A stretch of DNA of 64,000 nt from Phoronis australis. Its lineage: Eukaryota; Animalia; Phoronida. The first letter of the stretch is position 1. Each line of letters starts with the position of its first letter. The notes under the pieces were generated by a model, which was given only the letters and a program-made list of their open reading frames with translations, made no database searches and had not been told where the DNA came from. The stretch is taken from positions 158,792 through 222,791 of the forward strand of contig NMRA01000289.1 in the NCBI GenBank assembly GCA_002633005.1, in the 5' to 3' direction. Shown here in pieces: positions 1 to 13,199 of the stretch. A program made the position numbers and the translations under genes.

Positions 1-1626
1 ACACATTGTTAAATCACTTTTAGCCTGTTTCACATATTTTAATTCAGATATTAAATAAGACTTGGGTACAAAGGTTATTAGTTTCTACACATAAACATGA
101 AGATGAAATGTCAAGTGTGTTCTGCCTTACAAAAGTAGTTTTGTCTTGTCTTTTCTGTTACAGTTTGCTAATATTTCTATTCTGTTACAGGCAAAAAAAC
201 AACTGAAACCAACCGCCTGACCATCTATTTCACCGTTGGACGAAGTGAAAAGTAATCCTTCAGCAATAACCTGAAAGAATTGAACGTAATTCAGAAATTC
301 AGGAACTGATATGCCTGATTACGGACTCCCTCGCAATGTTGTTTCTTTCTGTGCTTTTTCAGTTTTCCATTTGTTTTTAAATACACTGATAATTGTTTAT
401 TCTCGAATCTTGTGCATAGCAGATTCTTATCCAGCTAGCTACAATTGAAAACATGCAATAAGACAAACGATGCAGTCACTGAATGTCATTTCCCCATAAT
501 CTGTACCAAATTGAAAGGTTTTTACCAATAGTATAAAGCCTTTCTTCTGAAAGGAAAATTTAATGTCACTCAGCTTTTGGCTTTCATTTCACTGGGTTCT
601 AGTTTTAATGGCCTATAGAAGCGCTTGTAAAAAAGATCCAGTTTCAACACGTGGATTTCTTTCATGTAACCTCATTCAGCCTCAATAACATCCACAATTA
701 GACCCTTGAAGGTAAACACAGCAGCATATCACTTGAATCGTTTTTTGTACCAAATATTACAACCCCCCATGCCAATCCGCCCTCGGGACCTGAATAAGTA
801 ATTTAACAAAATGACTTTAAAAATAGCTGTTCCTTTTCAAAGCCTTTGTTCGTTGTCTCCAATATTGAAAGTAGGCTTTGATAATAGATCTGCACTGGAT
901 GGGAAGATCTTGTTGGTTAGCTGCAGTCAAATGCTAAAAACCAATTTTGTCCATTCAGGGACGGTGAAGAAGCGATGCATATCTCCTCTGCACGCTACAA
1001 GCCTTCAAACCTAAAAACCAAAGGTTACGTGAAAACTGACATGATAGATTTCCATTTCAACGTGTAATAGATTTCCACAAGATATATGATACTAGGGAGT
1101 AAACAAATAGTCTAATGCAATGGATATTTATCACTCACGTACCCTTTGCCATTGGGATTGGATTGTAATCTTAACTCAAAGTTGACCTGTATCGAGTTGA
1201 CAGCATAAATATCCAGCATTGATTGATGTAACTGTCACTGATAAACTTTTAGAAATCATTTCAAACAATAGCAATGCTTTGATGTACGAAAAGATCCCGA
1301 TTACTACGTCNAAACTTTTAGAAATCATTCCAAACAATAATAATGCTTTGATGTACGAAAAGATCCCGATTGCTACGTCAAGTATCGTTTCACATATCAC
1401 AACATACAAAGATTAACCAGACTCTGGCTGGCGACTGACTGCCGCGAAGTCGACATCGGCGAGTGCCTCAGTTAACAGGCATCGGTAGAATGATCATGGA
1501 ATAATCGTTAAAATAATCACAAACCTTACCTTTGTATGAGGTCGTGCTTACTTCCTCTCATAGAAGCACCCTTAGTACACAATCTCAGATTCAGTTGGCA
1601 CGGCTGCAAGCCATTTCACCATGTAT

Positions 1627-3609
1627 TTAAAGGGCTCGCGAAATCGAGGCTTTTAATCTATCACCACTAGTACACGCACGCCCTCTAGTTATTGTAGATT
1701 TTCCGAATAGCCCCATTTGTATCGTGTATTCATAATCGCTGAGCTTGCCTATGCCAGTGAAAACATCCTTAGCTTCGTTTATAACCTGCTTAGTGGTTTT
1801 GACTCTTATAGTGTTTTTCACTTTCACTTGTGCTTCGGTGTCATGAATTTCGCTAACATCGTAGTCACCCTGGCAATCGTTGCATTTGCGGGGCTGGTGG
1901 CACATCAGCTTCACTATTTGCATTCCTTTGCAAAATTTGAGGCAGAACAGATTACTGCCAAAGTCGGACACAAAAAATTCAACATGTCGACCAATGACAT
2001 TGTTATGATAGACTTTGTCTATACGGACCTTCCCGTGGTTGGTGAATCTTTTTGCCGCCATATCCCGTGAGTTTCATGGATGACCTCTGAAGCATCTGTT
2101 TAGCTTTGTCGCCGAATATTCTCTTACACGTTGCGATGTTGAGCAGGTTAACTTGAGCGCCCGTGTCGACTTTGCCTTTCAATTTTATCTGGCCGCCTGG
2201 TACATCCAAACGTACAACGGCAAACTGCTTGTCCGGACCAATTTCATCGTTGAAAAGGACTTCTCCTTGCGGGCTTGACCTGTCCGTGCCTACCTCGGAA
2301 ACCTCATAATCTGAGTATGTGAACTCATCCTCAGAAGAAGACGCTACAACAGTCTCGTGAAGCTTTTTCTTACTTCTTTTCTGGGACCTTTTTGTTTCAC
2401 TCGTGGTGGACTTGCACAGTTGCGAGAAGTGTCCTTTACGTTTGCAGTTTCTGCACTCTGCATTATAAGCGGGGCATCTACGAGGGGGGTGTGCTCTTCC
2501 ACATCTCTGACATGTTTTCTGTTTGTCAGTTTTTAGTTTTTGCATCTCATCTGCAAGTCGGTCGTCATTCTGGGCGTCATCTAAGAGGTGTTCCTTCTTT
2601 AGTTTTTCAACTTCCTTCAGGTGGCGCGCGGCAGCTTCTTCGCTTCTTGCCGTATTCAGTATGTCGCCTGTTGTGGCAGTCTTGGGTAAGGCATACACCT
2701 TTTTGAGCGTTTTTGTGTCGTTCAGGCCATATTTCAACGCTTCAGCTTCGATGATTTTTTCGACATTACTTTCATACTCGCATTCGTGTAAGATATCACG
2801 AATTCGATCGTAGAACATGTCTACAGACTCATCGTTCTTTTGTTTAATAAATTTTATTTTCATCCTGGATGCATTCCAGGAACCCTCATGGCCATCTTTT
2901 TTGCACAGATGCCATCAAAGAATGTCCACAACGAGTCAAGTTTTTCTGATTCACCGGACGGAAACGGGTGGTTTGCGTGTTTGACGCATGCGTCGGGTCC
3001 CATTTACACGAGGACTTTGTCCACTTGATGCTTTTCCGCCAGTCCTTCATAGCAGTTCAATATCGTATTAGTAAGGGTTTTGAATCGTACATAATCATGG
3101 TATAGTTTCTTGCTGGTGAAATCTAATTGTTTTGGCATCTCCACACCGTGTAGGCGTGCCTTAGCAGAGGCCTCAATTTCATCCCTTGTAGCCATGTTAA
3201 ATGTCACTGTGTTTCGAATTATACAACAGTTCGCGTGCTAATATTCCCGTGCAGATGTATTACTATCGCGCGTGACTCATACCAGCAAGAGTGGAAAATG
3301 GTTTTTAGCGTGATTTTCAACGTCCAGTTTTACGAATAAAAACCCGGCTCTAATGACAGTCTGATAGTTTATTGTTTTATCAAAAATTTAATACTTGTCG
3401 CTCCGACGTCGAGGTCACCATGTATAGTGTTCTGTTATACCAATAAAGACATATATCCAGTATATTAATACGTTTATTATGGAGAGCACAAATACACTAC
3501 TTATCAGATCGAGCTGTAGCCATTAGAGAAAGTAGATCAAGTTCAATGTGGCTTCCAAATAACAACATTACTTAACTAACACATGACAACTGTAACACGC
3601 ACGTTTACA
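1627..3609 (-). mobile_element. Ty3/Gypsy LTR retrotransposon, 5' part (LTR, PBS, gag, protease); degenerate and 3'-truncated
   Basis: Minus ORFs 3004-3207 and 2003-2863 have two CCHC-type knuckles (CQRCGRAHPPRRC, CRNCKRKGHFSQLC) and the aspartic protease motif VDTGAQVN. The continuation 1627-2061 (DVFTGIGKL) is frameshifted. LTR 3421-3609 reads TGTA...TACA with AATAAA on the minus strand. Confidence 0.9.
3403..3420 (-). other. Primer-binding site (tRNA-Trp-like) of the Gypsy element
   Basis: Minus strand reads TGGTGACCTCGACGTCGG directly after the LTR end (..TACA); close to the tRNA-Trp PBS TGGTGACCCCGACGT. Confidence 0.75.
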
Positions 3610-6029
3610 CAAAACGAAATGTTGTCAGTTCGACAGCTAAGTTGTTTGATCCTCTAGGGCTTGTAAACCCAGTGGCTGTTCGTGCCAAACTATTCATTCA
3701 AAAACTGTGGGCTGACAAGTGTGAGTGGGATGAACCCCTGTCCAGTACATTGCATAACGAGTGGTCTGACATTGCTGGAGATCTTCAGAAGTGTTCTCAG
3801 ATATCTCTTCCCAGGGAATATTTTCCTAGTACTGATTGTGTTACTAATGTCAATGTGCATGTCTTCTGTGATGCTTGTGTCAAAGCATATGGTGCTGTAG
3901 TCTATCTACAATGTTTTGATCAGGCAACATTAATTCAGTATGTCAAAGTGTAGAGCATCACCCCTCAAGTGTAAGCGTTCATTACCACAGTTGGAGCTAC
4001 TAGCAGCTTTAATTGGCTCACGCCTACTTCAGTATACTATGTCCTCATTAGCAGATGTCATCTCAGTGGACAGTGTATTTCTTTGGTAAAACAGCCAGAT
4101 TACATTACACTGGCTACAGTCTAAGAAAAAACTGCCTGTATTTGTTCAAAACCGTGTAACTGAAATTCATGCCCTGACAACTCGTGCCAAATGGATGTAC
4201 TGTCCAACGGATAGTAACCCTGCCGATCTTTTAACCAGGGGCATTGTTTTTGAAACTTGGAACGGCTCCGACTGGCTTCCCAAGCAACAATGGCCACCCC
4301 AATCACTACATTTGGACACTAGCCCAGATGTTCTGGTCCTACCAGTAATAAATGACCCGCGTAGCAAGGCAACACCCCTCAGCCAAAATTCAACCTGGTG
4401 TCAGCCAAATCATGGACATCAACAGGTTCTCTACCCTTCGTCGATTGCGTCGTGTCACCGCATGGGTAAACAGGTTTGTCGGCCGGTGCAAAGACCCAAC
4501 CTCAGCCGTTTCCGAGACTCTAACCGCGCAAGAGCTCAATTCTGCGAAACGCTTGTGGATTTCGGCTCCACAACATGAAATCTACCACATAAACATCAAA
4601 GACGTCATACAGGCCAAAAACAAAACTACACCTGTCAAACAATTGAAGTTGTTTCTTCAAGATGGCCTATTACTCAGTTCAGGAAGAATACACAACGCCA
4701 ACCTACCCGACCACACCAAGTTTCCCATCCTGTTGCCATCCGCCCACAAGTTCACAGAATTAGTCATCAAAGATGCACACGTCAGAACCCTCCACAGTGG
4801 TGTCAACATGACCAGCACATACTTACGTCAGCACTACTGGATTCCAAGAATACGCCAACGCGTAAAGGCTGTCATCCGGCTGTGTGTACCATGTCGCAGA
4901 GTGACTGGTCAACAGTATCATCAACCAGCCGCGCCCCACTCCCAGCTGACAGCGTGCGAGATGCACAACCCTTTGAGATAACAGGTGTCGATTACACTGG
5001 CCATCTGTTCGACAAGAACCCTTCTGACAGCAACAACACAGCCTATGTATGTTTGTTTACGTGTGCAATTACTCGAGCGATACATCTGGAGTTGGTCTCT
5101 GACTTAACTGTCACATCATTTATTCAAGCCTTTCGTCGCTTTGCCAGCCGTCTCTCCTTACCACGAGTTATGATTTCTGACAATGCCACAAATTTTGTTG
5201 GTGCTCCAGCAGACGTCAATGAATTGATCAAATCTTCTCAGATTCAAGATTTCCTCGCAGATCAACACGTTACATGGAAATTCAATCCACGCCGCGCTCC
5301 ATGGTTCGGTGGTTTTTGGGAACGTCTCGTTGGAATTACCAAGACCTGCTTAAAAAAAGGTCCTCCGTCGTTCACAGGTGCCATTTGATGAACTTCGTAC
5401 GATTCTCACTGAATGTGAATGTATCCTAAATGACCGCCGCCTCACATTTGTATCCGGCTCTGACGATGAACCTGAACCGCCAGCTCACATATTATACGGA
5501 CGTAGACTCTCAGGCTTTCCCAGCCTTCTGCAACATTCAAAATGACGAACTCATTGACCCCAATTTCGACGCGACTACTGTACAATTGCAGTATACAAGG
5601 CGATCTGCTCTAATCAGTCATTTCTTTCGCCGTTGGCAACACGAATATTTAACTGCACTTCGTGAAAGACAACAACTCGTAACCCAACGTAACCATACAT
5701 GTACTTTACCCATCAACATCGGCAACGTTGTTTTGGTTCACGACGACAAGCCATGTGTCTTATGGAAAATGACTACAGTGGAGCGACTCAATTACGGGCA
5801 TGATGGATTCATTCGCTCTGCTGACATTCGTTCTCAGTCTGGCAGAACCAATCGTCCTGTGACTAGGCTCTACCCGCTCGAAACAAGTGTAGACTCCGTT
5901 TCGAATCCGCCACCTACCAACACTACAAATACCCCATCTAATTCGGCCTTACCATCGCATCCTCCAGGACCACAAAGACGGGCAGCTCTCCAAGTTCGTC
6001 ACAGTATCCGACGTTGGACCTCTGATTGA
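3609..6029 (+). pseudogene. BEL/Pao retrotransposon pol remnant (RNase H, integrase), multiple frameshifts
   Basis: Motifs TKRNVVSSTAKLFDPLG, HVFCDAC.KAYGAV, YCPTDSNPADLLTRG, H-x4-H..CxxC (AHVRTLHSG..CVPC), GVDYTG, SDNATNF, APWFGGFWERLVG and RPVTRLYPLE are typical of Pao elements. Confidence 0.93.
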
Positions 6030-6196
6030 TTCGACCACATTATTTAGTTTTTCATACGTGCTCCTTTTTCACATGTTTATAGTACCAATTTCTTAGTCTA
6101 TCATATTTCTCGTTTTAATTTTATCATTGTTCATTGTACATATATTTGAGTACTAGTTTTTTTTTAATTCCTCAACTGCATTGCGTGGGGGGAGGA

Positions 6197-6750
6197 TGTC
6201 GCAGAATGTGTTATTGTGTTTTTGGTTCATTTAGTTTAGTCAGTCTATTACATCACTTTCAGTTGTTGTTTACCACCACTTTCTTCGCATGCAGAACATG
6301 AGTAATACTTCCTATTCTCAGAACTGTTTATTTATCAGTATATTGCATCTTTATTTGTTCATTTATTTCATTGGTTAATTCGTCTTTCTCAGATCTCTAT
6401 ACATATCACTTTCACTATATTTTGAGTATCAGTAGCTTCAGTAGTATGAGTTGATTAGTAGTTTGTTCTCCACATTGAGAGTTGTTCTCATCATTAGTTG
6501 ACAGTCTTCAATATACTAGTCAAGATTCATCTCATGTGTTTCTTGCCTATACGAACCACCTCGTACACAGTCAAACCGCATTTTCCCGTGTACTCCCCCA
6601 AAAGCAAATAGCTATTAAACATTACTGCAGAAGGGAAATATTTGCTTTCTTTTCACTTGCATCAAGGCTAAAAATCATTCACAGTCCGCCATTTTCTTTC
6701 ATTGTTGTCAAGCTAACCAATGACTGCCTAGGTTACATCAGCCAGTGACA
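6197..6750 (+). mobile_element. 3' LTR of the BEL/Pao element, preceded by a polypurine tract
   Basis: GGGGGGAGGA (6187-6196) lies immediately before TGTCGC; the segment ends GTGACA at 6750 (TG..CA, short inverted termini). Confidence 0.75.
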
Positions 6751-7364
6751 AAACGCGTGCTACGGAAAGGTACCGCGTGTTCTCTAGACACGCATATGAG
6801 GAGTCCAGTGAGGATTTCGCTCGAGAATACCATGAAATGGCAGAAGAAGGCTCCTACTATATACTAATGGTGTGATCACGAGCACGAATCCATTTGAATC
6901 TCAATTGTTAAAATTTCAAATGTGGTGAATTAATGACTCAAATCTTAATTTCACAGTCATTAGTAGAATCAATAAAAGCCGTCTGAGCATGCGTGCTCAT
7001 GATTTTCCTTTCATGAATTATAAGAACAGGCATTCACGTGGGCTGTCCTGTTGAGAAACACTGCGCAGGAGTAAAGAACTGATAACGATCTAAGACTAAT
7101 GAGATAAGAGCTGTATTGTGATTGACGAGAAAAAGACGCTGTTATTGAAAACGCCTTTGCGGATAGCCAGAGGAGAATACTGGCAATCCTGGTTTTGCAA
7201 ACCATAGTTTAAAACGTGTTTAAAAGATATCATTTCTGGTTCGCTTCAGTGAAAATCTTCGAATCTCAATAGCCACGTTATTCAAACATACTTGATGTCA
7301 AATGAAAGGAAACTTCATCTCAGTTGTTATGAACAAAAATGGAAAAATATAGCAACAGAAGACA

Positions 7365-9560
7365 ACTAGAAAGATTATTGTCATGTAGACTTATACCTGT
7401 TCAGGAGAAGTAGCATTTTGAAAATTATATGACCTTTGCACCAAACGACCTCTTCCGGTGCAATATGGAATAGGATTATATAACCAATCAAAATTTATAT
7501 ACGGTCAAAAGTCATATCCTGAATTTAAAGACCGTACCTGCGCCCAATTTGGAGTTATTTAGCATCAAATTTGGTCGGAAGAAGAATAAGAAGAAGAATA
7601 AGAATAAGAATAAGAACTAGAAAGATTATTGTCACGGCGTGACAATAACGGACTCGCGTGCGTATTACTGGAATTATTATGGAAAATTACTGACCGCAAC
7701 CCGTTTACCGATATGAAAAGGAATTCTTTAAAATTGTTGGAGAAATTACATCTTAATTTTTTGATGACCTTTCCACTAATTGACCTCTTCCGGTGCATTA
7801 TGAGCCCCGATGAGGGAGTAATTGTTAACTCGATTAAAAGTGTGGTTAATGCTAATAATCACAGATGTTTTACTTTAAGCACTTCAGAATACAAGATGAA
7901 TGAAGTGGTCAAACTTTCAGAAGAAAAATGCACCTAATGNTCGCACTAAGTAAACACATACGTAATTCTGAAGTCTCTAGCTCAAAATTTCAGTTTGCAC
8001 TCAATGACCTTTGACCTATTTTTTCTGATTGGTTAGGCCTATTGCAAAGTAAAGTAGGGTATTCAATTGGCATGTTGACTTACACCAGTGTGCTGAAATT
8101 GAAAAGAAATCCTTGAAAAACGTAAGAGATATAACATTTTGAACATTACATGACCTTTGCACTAATTGACCTTACCCGGTGCATTTTAGCATCTTTAGGT
8201 TAATTATTGCAAATCCCATGGAAAATGTGGTTAACGCTGAGAATCACAGTTGTCTAACGGTTGACACATCAGAATACTCGCTGATTGAAAAGGTCAAATA
8301 TTCAGAAGAAAAATGCACCTAATGACCTCATGTTTGCACTAAATGACCTGAAAATTTAGATTCCGAATTGATTTACCTGTGGCAATCAGACCTGTTAATT
8401 TGAAGTGTCTAGCTCAAAATTTTAGTTTGCACCTAATGACCTTTGACCTATTTCACCTGATTGGATGACCCGATTACTTAGAAAAGTAATTTTTAACTTG
8501 CCATGTTGACTTATAGCTGTGCACTGAATTTGAAAAACATAGCTTTAAAACTGAAGGAGTAGCATTTGGAAAATTATATGACCTTTGCACCAAACGACCT
8601 TTTCCGGTGCAATATGGAATATGATTATATAACCAATCAAAATTTATATACTGTCAAAAGTCATATCCTGAATTTAAAGACCGTACCTGCACCCAATTTG
8701 GAGTTATTAAGCCTCAAAGTTGGTCGGAAGAAGAATAAGAAGAATAAGAACTAGAAAGATTATTGTCACGGCGTGACAATAATCGACTCTGCGCGTGCGT
8801 TTTAAAGGAATGGTTATGGTAAGTTACTGACAGCAACCAGTTTACCAATACGAAAAGGAATTCTTTAAAGTTGGAGGAGAAATTACATGTTAATATTTTG
8901 ATGACATTTCCACAAACTGACCTCTTCCGGTGCATTATGAACCCCGATGAGGGAATAATTGTAAAACCAATTTAAAAGGAAGTTAATGCTAAGAATCACA
9001 GATGTTTTACTTTAAGCACTCAAGAATACAACATGAATGAATTGGTCAAATTTTCAGTAGAAAAATGCACCTCACGACCCCATGGCTGCACCAAATGCCC
9101 CAAAAATTTAGAATTCAAAGTCAATCAAATTTAGTAAACAGATTTGTAATTTTGAAGTCTCTAGCTCAAAATTTTATTTTTGCACTCAATGGCCTTTGAC
9201 CTATTTTTTCTGATTGGTTAGTCCTATGCGTAGTTGTTCAATTGGCAAGTTGACTTACACCAGTGTGCAGAAATTGAAAAGAATTTCTTGAAAAACGTAA
9301 GAGATATAACATTTTGAACGTTACATGACCTTTGCACTAATTGACCTGAAACTTTGGATTCCGATTTGATTTACCTGTGGCAATCAGACCTGTCAATTTG
9401 AATTGTCTAGCTCAAAATTTTAGTTTGCACCTAATGACCTTTGACGTATTTCACCTGATTGGATGACCCGATTACTTAGAAAAGTAATTTCTTAAATTGT
9501 CATGTTGACTTGTACCTGTGCACCAAATTTGAAAAAGATAGCTTTAAAACTGAAGGAGGA
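7365..9560. mobile_element. Head-to-tail array of a ~1.13 kb non-autonomous Helentron/HINE (DINE-1-like) element
   Basis: Units start ACTAGAAAGA + hairpin TTATTGTCAC-GGC-GTGACAATAA (CTAG at 7366, 7617, 8751; period 1134). They contain TGACCTTTGACC internal repeats and end in (AAGAAT)n. The same family occurs at 58265-59256. Confidence 0.7.
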
Positions 9561-9561
9561 G

Positions 9562-10518
9562 TGTAATATAATGAGGCTATGCCCTCCATGTGCAATAAAT
9601 TTCACGGGATATGCTATCTCTGAGGTAGTTAAATCCAGGGATAGTGCTCTGATGTTGAAAACCCAGGAATAGAGGCAGTTATGCAATAATACAGGAATAT
9701 TGGCAGCTATGCAAGAATTTTGAGTTATAGCGAGATGGACATATATGTATCAGTTATGCTAGCTGGGGTAGTTAAATCCAGGAATAGTACTTTGATGTTG
9801 AAAACCCAGGAATAGAGGCAGTTATGCAATAATACAGGAATAGTGGCAGTTATGCAAGAATTTTGAGTTATAGCGAGATGGACATATATGTACATGCAGA
9901 GTGAGTCCATCGCGTGGTCAGTTAGTTCGTTATATTCAGCTCGTCATAGAGAGAGGGCCATATATGTACATACAGAGAGGGTTCATCCGTGATGCCACTT
10001 AGTTTAGTATAAAAAGCACTGGCTCTCGAGACCACGGCAGACTAGATCCACCTTAGATCAAAACTTCAGACTACGGGGCACGCCTCCAGAGCTGGAAGAC
10101 AACTTCAAACTTCTAAGACGAAGCCGGAGCCAGACGAACAACTTCTGTGACCAAAGAGTCAAGGGGAAAAGAACAACTGAGGTATAGACATTTATCACGG
10201 GCGTTGGTCTCAGCCTGTTAGTCAATTTGAACCGGCTAGTGATTGTTCTGGAGGGGTTTGTTCTGTTGTGACTTGTTTTGTGTTAACGTGTGCGGTAGCT
10301 ACGGGAACCAGTGGCTCTGTTGATTAGTAGTTTTCTAGTAGGGATATCTTGTCTCAATCAGTTAGTCGTCAGTCTCACAACTTATTGTAATCTTTAATTT
10401 GTAAATCACAACGCTGCAAATTAATAGACGTATTCTATTGTTAAAGTATTCGTGTTTTGTTTTACTTATTACCACGTGCGCGCCATTTATCGGCCACAAC
10501 ACGCATTGATATATCACA
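9562..10518 (+). mobile_element. Solo-LTR-like segment interrupting the third HINE copy
   Basis: Begins TGTAATATA and ends ATATCACA; TATAAAAAG near 10008; internal ~135-bp tandem duplication (about 9620-9890). No clean TSD. Confidence 0.45.
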
Positions 10519-11287
10519 CGGCCCAGCAGGCTGGTGCCGTACTGAGGGCCGGGGGCAAATGCACTATGTTATGATATGATAAACTGTTGTGCAGAAAAAT
10601 AGGCCAAATATCTACGAAATCTTAGACAGTGGCGGATCTACNAATTAATAGACGTATTCTATTGTTAAAGTATTCGTGTGTTGTTTTACTTATTACCACG
10701 TGCGCGCCATTTATCGGCAACAACACGCATTGATATACCACAAAGGAACAGAAACGTTCAAACGTGTACACGCATGCATGTCAATCCACCAATCCACAAT
10801 CGAAGAGGACACTGGATGAACAACATATTTGCATATTTGACGATCAGTTTCAATTCAAAATTTGAAAATGCCTACAGTTCTACCATGTTATAATTGCAAT
10901 TAAACCAAAATAGACGAATATCAAATCTCAATTTTCTGCTGTTTCTTGGCCGAGTTTAAGGCGTTCACACCGCACTACTTTTTGGGAGCTCTCTCACTGA
11001 TCTATACAAAACGTGTAGCTTACTTAAAGGCGAAGGCAACCTTTTTCCATGTCATTTTGAGCTAAAATAAGGTTGGTTGGTTATCCTAGACATATTTTCC
11101 ACTTAATTACAGCTTTTCGTAATTTTTTATTCATCCGCTACTGCGGAAGTGACGTTTTAGGAGGCAAGCATTTCGCGCCAATTTCTTTTCATATAGTCTG
11201 ACGGTAAGAGCTGCCGAGTCAGTCATTGTTCTACCTCGGTTGTGTTAAGTTCTGTCGTCGTTTGCTTTCATTTACTAGTCAGTCAAC

Positions 11288-11815
11288 ATGCCACACTGTT
11301 GCTGCGTACCGGAATGTACTAGTTATCGGCTCACGCGCGCTTTGGGAGTACCTTTGCATCGCTTTCCGATGGATGGCACACTTCGCCGTACTTGGCTCGT
11401 TCATGTGAAGAACGCAGCGTTACCCGTCCACGGAACGTACAAAGCAGTGGAGAATTACCGTGTGTGTGGCAAGCACTTTCTGCCCTCCGGTTACGAAAGG
11501 GATTTGTACGCTGAACTGATGAAGGTCCCTGCGAAACAACGCCTGAAGAAGGATGACATTCCGTCTGTGTTGATTCCCGGCAGTGCCCCGTCACCACCCC
11601 CGAGAAGTGCGTTTTTGAGGCGAGAAGCTTTGCGAGCTGTGGCCAGGACAGTGACTGGAGCCAGTGGAGGCACTTCATCTACTGTCACCCTTGCCTCCGA
11701 ACGTACCCCAGAGCGTGCAATTCCTGGAACCAGTTGTGATTCGCCCTGTGCTGTTTTCTCCAGCCCAGAGCCTCTAAGCAGCCCTGCAGCAATATTGAGT
11801 ATTGGGAGTACGTGA
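11288..11815 (+). CDS. THAP zinc-finger domain ORF (N-terminus of Kolobok transposase, truncated)
   Basis: MPHCCCVPEC..LHRFP..W..VCGKHF..LKKDDIPS matches the THAP C2CH consensus. An out-of-frame remnant DKFIV..LFRRCQVCG..G.QVTI*WEC follows at about 11889-12010. Confidence 0.8.
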   Translation: MPHCCCVPECTSYRLTRALGVPLHRFPMDGTLRRTWLVHVKNAALPVHGTYKAVENYRVCGKHFLPSGYERDLYAELMKVPAKQRLKKDDIPSVLIPGSAPSPPPRSAFLRREALRAVARTVTGASGGTSSTVTLASERTPERAIPGTSCDSPCAVFSSPEPLSSPAAILSIGST

Positions 11816-12102
11816 TTACAGGACCAGTTCGACACCCAGTGGAGAGGACAGTTTGTCATTCAGTGAACAGAGCAGTGTGCCAAACTTTGATAAGTTTATT
11901 GTGGACTTGTCTATTTAGAAGGTGCCAGGTGTGTGGCGAGTCAGTCACACGACACGATGTAAGCAGTATGGGTGCTCAGGTCACCATCTAGTGGGAGTGT
12001 GTCGCGGGAGACTCTGGCAACTGAGTGCGGGACAGTTGTTCCTCTGTCCGTGGTATGCCAGAGATCCACTTAACCATGTCCAGTAGTGGCTTGGCCTCGT
12101 CG

Positions 12103-12191
12103 AACTCCTAACAGCACAAGCATTCCATTGAGGTAGGCATAACAACGCACACAGTGCATTTGCACCGAGACGTGTCACCACGTCTGTCCTC
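12103..12191 (-). pseudogene. KolX / P2X7-ballast-like Cys-rich domain remnant
   Basis: Manual minus-strand translation EDRRGDTSRCKCTVCVVMPTSMECLCC*EF fits the WCxCxxCxxMPTxxExxCCxE pattern; in-frame stop. Confidence 0.7.
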
Positions 12192-13199
12192 AGTAGCCGC
12201 CTCGTTTCTCTCAACAGCTTCCTATGCCTGTGCGTACTCTGCCTCGTTACACTCAGGCTCAAACATGTACCCACCCACTGAATGTACGTGAAAAAATTCC
12301 TCGTCATCACTGCTGTGAACAAGGTCTCCATCACTCACACTACTGTCACTGTGACGGGTCACCGACTCCAGCCATTTACAGCTTACAACACACTAAACAT
12401 TCCCTAAATCCAACGTAGTCGAGTTCTCTACTAACCTATCTTGCAGCAGAATACTCGCCGATGGAAAGTGGTGGCGACAATTGTTGAAAAACAGCACAAA
12501 ACAAAAGTAGAATAGAACAGATTCACACGGTAAAGTCAACGCGAAACCAAGTGGCGGGAAACGCTTGCCTCCTACAACGTCACTTCCGCAGTAGCGGACG
12601 AGTAATTAATAAATTTACGAAAAGCTGTAATTAAGTGGAAAATATGTCTAGGATAACCAACCAACCTTATTTTAGCTCAAAATGACATGGAAAAAGGTTG
12701 CCTTCGCCTTTAAGTCGTAGGTCTAGACTTTTATGCTTAGGTATAGACATATACATCTGGACTCACTTGTTATCCACGGTGAATATTTTGCAACTGGTTT
12801 CATGCGGTAACCTCCTGGATTGATCTAGTTCAATTTTTTACCTTGTTTATAACCATCTGGCTGATACTCCCCACCACTGAAATTGTCTGGCAATGACAAA
12901 TTTTGATACAGTGGATTACGGAGTAGGTATCCAAGGCAGTTTGAAGTGGTTACCAGAAAAGTTGATCTAGCTCAATCTTTGAGTGTCATTCTTTTGGCTA
13001 CCCTGACCACACCCACCAGAGCGAACCTGCCAGACGGCCATTTCCAAACATCAGGATACCCACAGAGCACTGTGGCACCAAAGAAAATTGGTTACCTTTT
13101 CATGCCCAAAAAAGCTCTGGTATCTAGTAAACGTAAAAAACTAAAATTGTCATTAGGGGGCACATGGGTGGTCGGATCCATCTCAAAGTTCGTTCATGC

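Larger units (their letters stand above)
11028..12709 (+). mobile_element. Kolobok DNA transposon, internally deleted derivative
   Basis: Near-perfect ~155-bp TIRs (AGGCGAAGGCAACC.../...GGTTGCCTTCGCCT), TTAA on both sides (11024-11027, 12710-12713), THAP ORF on + and Cys-rich KolX-like remnant on -. Confidence 0.85.

Noticed and set aside
1-1100. Candidate further RECQL4 exons (acceptor-like sites at about 1011, 790 and 271 on minus)
   Set aside because: The frames I tried hit early stops or show no RecQ motifs.
1243-1380. Tandem ~69-bp duplication and the ORFs spanning it
   Set aside because: The two copies are separated exactly by an N; most likely overlapping contig ends from two haplotypes.
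1717-2813. Plus-strand ORFs over the Gypsy element
   Set aside because: Antisense shadows of gag-pro.
10419-10742. Second copy of the LTR-like 3' end (10643-10742) suggesting paired LTRs, and a TGGTGCCGT PBS-like motif at 10532
   Set aside because: The duplicate begins at the N join (10642), and the motif is not adjacent to the LTR end; probably artefact or chance.
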